Shown here in pieces: positions 50,245-60,000 of a stretch of DNA of 64,000 nt. The number at the start of each line of letters is the position of its first letter. The first letter of the stretch is position 1. The position numbers were made by a program, and so were the translations under genes. The notes under the pieces are model-generated. The model did not search any database. It was given only the letters and a program-made list of their open reading frames with translations, and was not told the origin of the DNA. The stretch is from Hypanus sabinus (taxonomy: Eukaryota): contig NC_082728.1 in the NCBI RefSeq assembly GCF_030144855.1, forward strand, positions 32,736,001 to 32,800,000, given 5' to 3'.

Positions 50245-53200
50245 CTCTTCAGACAGGCGATACTGTGGACGCAGGAAAGAAACTCGGATGGTAGTTTGCC
50301 TCCCAGGTGCCAGGATCTGGGATGTTTCTGATTACATCCAAGATATCCTGTGGTGGGAGAGAGAACAGCCAGAGGTTGTGGTACATATTGGTACCAATGA
50401 CATAAGTAGGAAAAGGGAAGAGATTCTGAAAGATGACTACAGGGAGTTAGGAAGGAAGTTGAAAAGCAGGACATCAAACATAGTAATCTTGGGATTACTG
50501 CCTGTGCCACTTGACAGTGAGAATAGGAACAGAATGAGGTGGAGGATAAATGTGTAGCTGAGGGATTGGAGCAGGAGGCAGTGATTCAGATTTCTGGATC
50601 ATTGGGACCTCTTTTGGGGTGGGTGTGACCTGTCCAAAACGGACCGGTTGCACTTGAATCCCAGGGGGACCAACATCCTGGCGGGCAGGTTTGATAGAGC
50701 TGTTGGGGAGGGTTTCAATTAGTTTGGTGGGCGGTGGAGATCAGAATGTCCAGGGATTAAGGTAGAAGGACAAGGGCATGGTGCTAGAGTTCGGAGTCAA
50801 TAAGGAAGGACAGGCAGGGGACAGAACATAACTGTAGCCAGTTAAAATGTGTCTATTTCAATGCTAGGAATATTAGGAACAAGGAGGATGAACTTAGAGC
50901 ATGGATTAATACATGGAATTACGATGTTGTGGCAGTTACTGAAACATGTTCGGACGAAGGGCAGGATTGGATGATGCAGGTCCCGGGGTTCAGGTGTTTT
51001 AAAAGAAACAGGATAGGGAGTAGAAAAGGTAGGGGAGTGACATTGCTGGTCAGGGATAGTATCACGGCTATAGAAAGGGAGGACACTGCAGAAGGAGTGC
51101 CCACGGAGTCAGTCCGAGTAGAAGTCAGAAATAGGAAGGGATCAATCATTGTGCTGGGAGTAGTCTATAGGCCCCAAATAGCCCACAGGACGCCGAGGAG
51201 CAGATAAACAGGCAGATTTTAGAATGGTGCAGGAAATACAGGGTAGTAGTTATGGGTGATTTCAACTTCCCTCATATTGACTGACACCTCCTGAGTGCAA
51301 GGGGGATAGATGGGGCTGAATTTGTCAGGTGTGTTCAAGAAGGATTCATGACACAGTATGTGGACCGGCCGACGAGAGGAGAGGCTATACTGGATCTAGT
51401 TCTGAGTAATGAACCAGGTCAGGTGACAGACCTCTTGGTGGGGGAGCATTTTGGTGAGAGTGACCACAACTCCCTTAGCTTCAGCATAGCTATGGAAAGG
51501 GATAAAATCAGACAAAATGGTGAAGTGCTTAACTGGGGAAGGGCTAACTTTAAAGGGATGAGGCAGGAACTAGCGGGAGTAACTTGGAAACAAATGTTCA
51601 AAGGGGAAAGCACAGAAGTAATGTGGGAGAAGTTTAAGGACCACTTGAGCTGGGTTCAGGATAGGTTTGTCCCACTGGAGCAAGGAAAAAATGGTAGGAA
51701 AAGGAAGCCGTAGCTGACGAAACAGGCAAGGCAACTCATCAAGAGGAAAAAGGAAGCATATGCTAGAAATAAGAAGCAGGATGTAGGCAGGGCTTATGAG
51801 AAATATAGGGTAGCCAGGAAGGAGCTAAAGAAAGGTCTTAGGAGAGCTTGAAGGTGGCATGAGAAGGCCTTGGTTTGTAGAATTAAAGAGAACCCCAAGG
51901 CATTCTATGCATAAGTGAAGAATAGGAGGATGACGAGAACGAAGATGGGACCGCAAAAGGATAAAGAGGGCAACATGTGCCTGGAGGTGGAGGAGGTTGG
52001 GGAGTCATAAATGAATACTTTGCTTTAGTATTCACTTTGATCAGGATGAGGTCAAAGTAGAGCGGGCCTGTGTGCTGGACAATGTGGAGATTAAGGAAGA
52101 AGTAGTGCGGGATCTTCTTAAAAACATTAAGATTGATAAATCCCCAGGACCGGATATGATACACACCAGGTTGTTGTGGGAATTGAGAGAAGAGATCGCA
52201 GGAGCATTAGCTATGATCTTTGAATCCTCTTTGGCTGCAGGGGAAGTGCCGGAGGACTGGTGAATGGCAAATGTAGTTCCCTTGTTTAAAGAAGGTAATA
52301 GGGAGACACCTAGGAACTATAAACCGGTGAGTCTTACATTGGTGGTCTGCAAACTACTGGAAAGGATTCTTAAGGATAGGATCTACAAGCATTTGGAGAA
52401 GTACAGTCTACTTAGGAAATAGTTGAGGCCAGTTCATTGGCTATATTTAAGAGGGAGTTAGATATGGCCCTTGTGGCCAAAGGGATTGGGGTATGGAGAG
52501 AAGGCAGGTGCAGGGTTCTGAGTTGGATGATCAGCCATGATCATACTGAATAGTAGTGCAGGCTCAAAGGGCTGAATGGCCTACTGCTGCACCTATTTTC
52601 TATGTTTCTACTCATGGATAGTCAAAATAGGTTTGTTAAGGGAAAGTCGTGCCTCACGAGCCTGATTGAGTTTTTTGAAGATGTAACAAAAGAAATTGAT
52701 GAGGGTAGGGCAGTCGATGTGGTCTACATGGACTTCAGCAAAGCATTTGACATGGTCCCTCATGAGAGACTCATCCAGAAAGTCATGAGGCATGGGATAA
52801 GTGGAACCTTGACTGTTTGGATGAAAAATTGGCTTAAAGGAAGAAAGCAGAGGGTAGTTGTGGAAGGAAAGTATTCTGGTTAGAGATCGGTGACTAGTGG
52901 AGTGCCGTAGGGATCTGTCCTGGGACCCTTGCTATTTGTGATTTTTATAAATGATCTGGATGTAGAGGTGGAAGGATGGGGGAGTAAGTTTGCAGATGAC
53001 ATGAAGATTGGAGGAGTTGTGGATGGAGCTGTAGGTGGTCGAAGGTTACAAGAGGATATAGACAGGATGCAGAGTTGGGCAGAAAAATGGCAGATGGAGT
53101 TCAATCCGGACAAGTGTGAGGTGATGCATTTTGGAAGGACAAACCAGAAGACTGAGTACAGGATTAATGGTCAATTACTTAAGACTGTGGATGAACAAAG

Positions 53201-53722
53201 GGACCTTTGGGTTCAAATCCACACATCCCTCAAGGTCGCTGCACAGGTTGATAGGGTAGTTAAAAAGGCCTATGGGTTGCTAGGCTTCATTAACAGGGGG
53301 ATTGAGTTCAAGAGTAGAGAGGTCATGTTGCAACTCTACAAATCTCTGGTGAGACCGCACTTAAGAGTATAGTGTTCAATTTTGGTCACCTCATTATAGA
53401 AAGGATGTGGAAGCTATGGAGAGGGTGCAGAGGAGATTTTCTAGGATGTTGCCTGGATTGGAGAACAAGTCATATGAAGCAAGGTTAGCAGAGCTGGGAC
53501 TTGAGGTTTACAAGATTATGAGAGGCATAGATAGGGTGAATAGTCAGTACCTGTTTCCCAGGGCACCAATAGCAAACACCAGAAGGCATAGGTACAATAT
53601 TAAGGGAGGGAAGTTTAAGGGAGACATCAAGGGTAAGTTTTTTACACAGAGAGTTGTGAGTGCCTGGAATGACTTACCAGGGATGGTGGTGGAGGCTAAA
53701 ACATTAGAGGTATTTAAGAGCC
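50245..53722 (+). mobile_element. CR1-type LINE copy D (ORF1 esterase to RT end, tail missing) with a nested CR1 tail at ~52413-52610
   Basis: VVCLPGARIWDV..VHIGTND; VAVTETC..GDFNFP..ESDHNSL; YMDFSKAFD; FADDMKIGG; broken by stops. Confidence 0.9.
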
Positions 53723-54124
53723 TCAAAAACAAATAAAGTTTGTGTCTTCTCATTCACTTGTTATTTCCTTCTATCTTTACAGTTGTTCTATATTTCTTTA
53801 CTGAATGTCTTGATATGGCATTATTGACAGGCAGTTTCTGTATCAGTTGTATACCTTTGTGGTATTATTTTCCTTTATTTTACGACTGCAGATGGACAAT
53901 GGTTGTTGATTTGAGCTCTACAGGGATTTCTTCTATATTTAGAAATTGAGGGTAGCAATATTCTTGCCAGAATAAGCATTGTGTTGATCTGTCCAGTGAA
54001 TCGTTATCACGATGCATTAATGGAGAGTAGGATGTTTCTGAGAGTGGCTAAACAGAGATTTGGGGGAGGATGTGCTCACACTCCCACCTACCATCAGGTT
54101 GTCAAGAAACAAAGAAATATTACA

Positions 54125-54345
54125 GATACAAAGAGATTCTGCAGATGCTGGAAATTGTTCAAAATCCTGTATTTCTGAATTGCAAAATCAACAGCCATCT
54201 GGAAATCTTGAGTAACGCACACAAAATACTGAAGGAACTCAGCAGGTTAGGCAGCATCTGTGGAAGGAAACAAACAGCTTCAAGCCAAGACGCTTCATTA
54301 GTCCTGATGACCTGCTTGAGTTTCTCCAGCATTTTCGTCTGTCAC
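54125..54345. mobile_element. Old PLE-terminus fragments in mixed orientation
   Basis: ctgcagatgctggaaa..., aaaatactgaaggaactcagcagg..., then ctgatgacctgcttgagtttctccagcatttt. Confidence 0.55.
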
Positions 54346-56109
54346 TTCAGAGAAATAATACGAATGATTTTCTCAACAAAGACATTGTTATAGGTGTGAA
54401 TAGCTGAAGCCCTGCTCTCTGCAGTAGCTATTAATGCCTGTTTTTATACAGTAATCCCCATCAATATTGTAAAATCATACTGTATATATAAAACATAAAC
54501 TGCTAAAAATAATGTTCCTATTGCACTCTGCAGACAACCTGGTGTGTTGCAAGTTTTTTCCAGAAAGGATGTCACTTTTCTGCTGTGAAATATATCATCA
54601 GAAAGGTAATCAAAGGTAATGGAATATAATATGGTTGTATCACTAAAGGAGTAATCCAAGGGTCTGGATTATTAATCTGGAGACACTGAATATAAATCCC
54701 ATTGTGGATGTTTCAGTGTGGAAATTGCAGCAAGGCAAGGGTTAAAATGGGGCACTGATAGCACAGAATGTGGAAGTTCAGAAAGGTAAGAATTAATATG
54801 ATAAACTGACACAAACTGCAGTCACCCAGACTGAAAATGGCCCTTGAAAGCCTGACTCTCCTTTGCACAGACTTTCTGTTCAAGCCTGGGAACCAACGTT
54901 ACCAACACTTGATGAAGATGCAAACAGAGTATTCTAGGGCACACTGAATATTGCACACATATTTCACTAATATCTCATGTACTATTGGCCTTTAACACAT
55001 GTCTTTAATTGGTTATTAATACCTGAAATATGTATTATGATTGGTACCTAAATATGCAAATGATAGAATTCAGAAGTACAGTAAGTTTCTATTGAATCAA
55101 TATCTGCCAACGAGTCAATTTGTGTATAAAAATATTTCCCTGTTCGAACTTCAGAACAGTTTATTCACAGGAGCTGAACTGTTCTTCTTGTACACAATTA
55201 AATGAAGTGTGATTGAGGAATGAGAGTGAGTTGTCAGAGTCCAGTTAATCAGCGATGATACTGGGCTCATAATGCAAAAGCCAAGATTATTAATCTAGCG
55301 TCACTGAATACAAATCCCGCATTGGATATTTGAGAACCGAATTCTATTGATTGTACAACTAGCACTTTACATTTAAGGCACAGGAGCACAGATGAAAGGG
55401 CTGAAAGCCTTTGGGCTGGGACTCATAGAAGGTCATGTGGTACAATCTGTTGTCAAAGGAATCACACAACGGGGAAGAAGAAGTCATAGAATTTATTCCC
55501 CAAATTAGGTCAGTAACATTGCTAATCACTTCACAAAACAATTTTTTAAAAATTCCACAGCTTTTCACTCTTCTGGCAATTAAAATAAAGCAAATGACAC
55601 TCCATTTTTATTTTGTTTGGATTACTCACTTGAACTGAATAGTATTTTTATGAGGATCCGCTAGAGGAACTAATGTATTTTAAGGTTGCTGTCACCAAAT
55701 GTTACGGTTTGATTTTAAAACCTTACATTGTTACAGCCAGCTCACATTCATTGGCATGGCTCACATAAGCGATAGTGTAGGATAGCAAGACATTAGAAAT
55801 GGCTAATGTATCTAAGTACTTTTAGGAGGAAAAGATGTAAATTTTACAAAATAATTCATAGAAAATACATGTAAAAATATCAAATCAGCAATGTCACTGG
55901 GCTATGTACATAAAACAAATTAAAGTAGAAATACTTAGAAAATAAGCAGAAATTTTCAAAGTAAATTTAGATATTCTAATCCTTAAGCACATAGAAAAGA
56001 CGACTGATCAAATTATAATCTATAATATTGTATGTGTTCACTGCATTTGACTCAAAAAACAAAGCACAAAAAATTATAACATACACAATTGATATGTTAT
56101 AAAAATAGA

Positions 56110-56450
56110 CAGCTGTCAATCCCAGGGGATCATGGGTTTGCGCCTCTGGTGGGCTGTGTCCTCTCCAGGGTGCAAGCCTGGGTGGGAAGATTTGAAGAAC
56201 CGGCTGTTGCCCATGCAGTGGGTTCATCCTCTCCCTGTCACTGATGTAACCCAAGGGAAGGGCAAGTTTCGATACAGCTTGGCACCAGTGTCATCGCAGA
56301 GGTTGCCAGAGTGAAGCTGCAAACATCATCAAACTGCCTAAGGGATCCAGGCTCCGGATTTCTTCCTCGGGGTTTACTCGCGAAGACTTTCCCATGAGTC
56401 AGTATGGCCACCAGACAGCGGAGGTCTAAAATCAGTTTTCCTTCTCCATA
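56110..56450 (-). mobile_element. RTE/Expander-like 5' UTR fragment
   Basis: The minus strand ggagaaggaaaactga..acctccgctg..gagtaaaccccgagg resembles RTE-clade 5' ends as I recall them; not verified. Confidence 0.45.
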
Positions 56451-57036
56451 CAGACTTTACAAATGGCAAAAATGTGTAGTATTCCACTTACATAATACCT
56501 GTACTTCTATTTTCGACTGAAGCTGACTACATATCACATTTCACTGTTTTAGTTCCTGAGAAGTACAGCTCAGTGGAAAAATGGCTTAATGGATTCATTC
56601 AACAGGAAGCAAACTTTCAAAGTGCAACTGAGCTTAAGAGTTTTTGCTCTTTTCATTTCCTTATAGTGATTTTGTACACAAACTTGCTTAGTATTTCAGG
56701 TGTAAAACAGTGTCACTCCTTGACACTCAAGACTGATCTCACTGATGAGATTCATCAAAGCACTAATAATCAATATGTGAAGCCATTAACTTCAGATAAG
56801 AACAATGGTGAAGAGTTCAACAAAGTGCCAGAGTTAAAACTGCCTTCTTATTTTACCCATGAACTGAGATTTTTAAAAGTACAATTCTTGCTTTCAAGTT
56901 ATCACAGAGGACTGTCATAGTTCTTTGTGAAGGATGTTGAAGATTTACAGTTGCACAACAGAACATCAGACAGATCAGACATCATATCACAAAATGATGG
57001 TTCCTTGATGTAAGTTCGAAGTTAGCAGGGCAGTCT

Positions 57037-60000
57037 TCAAACCTGAGTAACAAATGTTTTAAGCTGTTAAAGTAGAACAAATAAATTTTGAAAATCATGA
57101 TGAGTGTGGCTAAAAATAAGTCAATGTTTGAAATCAAACCTACCATTTGATTTCCTGCTTCTTCATTGAACTGTCGAACTAAAAAAAGAAAATAAATTAT
57201 TGTTATTTCTGTTACACTAATTTGAAGTAAATTAATATTTCATGATGTTAAAATAATCCAAATTATTTTCCTTATTGTTCTTATACTCCTAATCATGCAT
57301 ACTAAGAGTAGTAACAATGACAGTAATAATGAATTCTTACTTTTTCTGTAATATTCAGGTATTTCCAGCAGTAATGGGATGCAAAATTGATACAATTTTG
57401 AGACTGGGACCAGGCTACAAATAATATGTCACTCCCTTTCAATCAGAAATTATGTTAACAATTGATTAGTTTAATTATCTCAAGTAATAAATAATCCAGG
57501 TGAAATTAATTCAAATCCTAGCCTCACAAGATTTATCTCTCTCTATTCCCCCTTCTGATCTTTCACTTCTTCCCACCTGTCTATTCTGGTTCCACTCCTC
57601 CTTCGCTTTTTCCAATGGTCCATTTTCCCCCTTCAGATTCTTTCTTCTGCAGCTCTCGACCTTTCCCACCCACCTGGCTTCACCTATCACTTTCCAGCTA
57701 GCCTGTTTCTCCTCCCCCCTCACCACATTTATTTTCTAGTGTCTTCCCTCCTTCCTTCACAGCCCTAAATAATGGCCTCAGTCCGAAATGTCAACTGTTT
57801 ACGCTTTTCTACATATGCTGCCTAACTTACTGAGTTCTTCCAGTGTTCTGTGTGTTTGTATAAGATTCAATCTCCTTTAGAATATTGTGGAAAACAAACA
57901 ACTTGCTTATTCATGTCCTTTAACAATGAAAACACACTACTCTTAATTGGTCTGGCTTTTTTTTATCTGACAACATTCCTACGTTATTTTCTCAACTATC
58001 CTATACACTGGCAAGTCACTCAATTAACTGCTAAAACACACACAAACACTTACTCAATGCAATGAAGGCCAGCAAGTCAAAGTTCAAAAGTTAAAACTTT
58101 ATTATTAAAGTATGTACTGTCACCATATGTACTACTACCATGAGATTCATTTTCCTGTGGGCACTCACAGTCGACACAAGGAGATACGACAGGATCAGTA
58201 AAAATCTACACAGAAAGGTGGTCAAACAACCAACGTGCAAAAGAAATTAATAAATAATATTGAGAACATGAGCTGTAGAGTTGTGGAATCAGTTCAGTGT
58301 TGAGGTGTGTGAAGATATCCACACTGCTCCGGAGTTTGATGGTTCCAGGGTAATAACTGTTCCTGTGCCTGGTAGTGTAGGACCAAAGGCCCCATAATTT
58401 CATACATTAATTATGTTTTTAAAAGCTTCTTTTCTTTTTTATAGAATGCTCTCTCCAGCACCATTTGCTTTACCCAATACTACATCAATACTTGCTGCAC
58501 TGTACATGATGGTAGTTTGATAACAGAATCAGACCCTGCAGAAGGTAAATCAGAGCATTCCAGGGTGACTCATCTGGTGAGTCTTTAGGTGAAAGTGTGA
58601 ATATGGTGAAAATATCTGCACATTCTGAGGCCAGGATTTGGATTAATTGATTATATAATTTATCATGGTTTATATTGGTACTTTATCTACCTATCCCTGT
58701 AAACATCCACTGCAGACAGGACTTCAAATCTGCTTGTGTTTGGAAGGCAAATGCACAAATACATACACAGCCCTGCTAACAATCTTGACCAGCCAGCTGT
58801 AGATCATAAAAATTGGCAATCATTAAAGTTTTCAGTCTTTCACAGATTATGAAATTATATTTTATATTAATCTGATTATCTATGCATAATTTTACACCAA
58901 TGATTAATACTTTGAGTTACATGAATTCAGCAGTTTGCTGAAATATTGTACCTAGATGGTTCTTTCTCCGGAATTTCAAAAGACCCAGGAGGAATATTCC
59001 AGCTGCAAACCCTCCAACAACGACACCTACTGCTGTGAGGGATTTTCTCTTTCTTCCTTCAGTGTGTTGATTCTTAATTGGCTGATATGCAACTTTTAAA
59101 AGAAAAAGCAGAATAAGCCGTAAATTTCACCATCAATCTTCATAAGAACACTGATGTAATTTGCTTATACACACAATTTTTAAAAATCTGTCATATTAAT
59201 CTCCAAGCAAAACTGTGATTCCATAACCAGCCTGGAACAAACACCCTCGAGAGTTAAATATAGCCTCTAAAGCATAACAAATGTAAGAAAAAGAAGAATG
59301 ATTGGAACAACCAAAGTATAACAACTTCCATATCATTCGAAGAGATTGTGGCTTTTATCTCAGCTGTATTTTCATACACGTTCCCCGTATCTCTAAATAC
59401 CCAAACTTCTATTTATCTCAAACATGGAAATATTTGGCGACTCAAGTTCTGCAGTCCATGGGTAGATTGACTGGCTTCTGATGAAGTCCTTCTTCTCATC
59501 TGGGTCATGAAAGGACAACCCTGAAGTTTGCAACTGAAGCTGTGTCCAGACACCTCAACCAGGGAATATCAACAACATGTGAAGAACCGTGATAATTTTG
59601 TACCTTCCAATGAGATCAACACTGATTTTTTTTTTAAATTTAAGGGAGCTTAGGTCAAAACTCCTATTCTAGGAATTAACCTGGTTACCCATTGCTCCAG
59701 TCTCTCTACTGCAAACCCATGGGCAAATAGTATTCCAACTGTTGACTCACCAGGGCCCTCAATAATTGGAGCAAGATGGTCCCATTCTTGAAGTCAAATC
59801 ATCATGCATTAAAACCTAATAAATAATCTGGCTTCCTACTTATTGCATCATATGGAAATAAAATTTCAGTGATTTGTGTCAAATAATGTGCACATTGCTC
59901 TAAAGACCAACAGCTTTCAACTTATCACTAGTTAATGGTGGAGCAGGTTTGACAGGCCAGGTGACATCATCATGTTTCTATTTGTAATGTTCATATATTC

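Noticed and set aside
56573-56920. 115-aa plus-strand ORF as a gene
   Set aside because: Non-ATG start in the track, no recognisable domain; kept only as a weak exon candidate.
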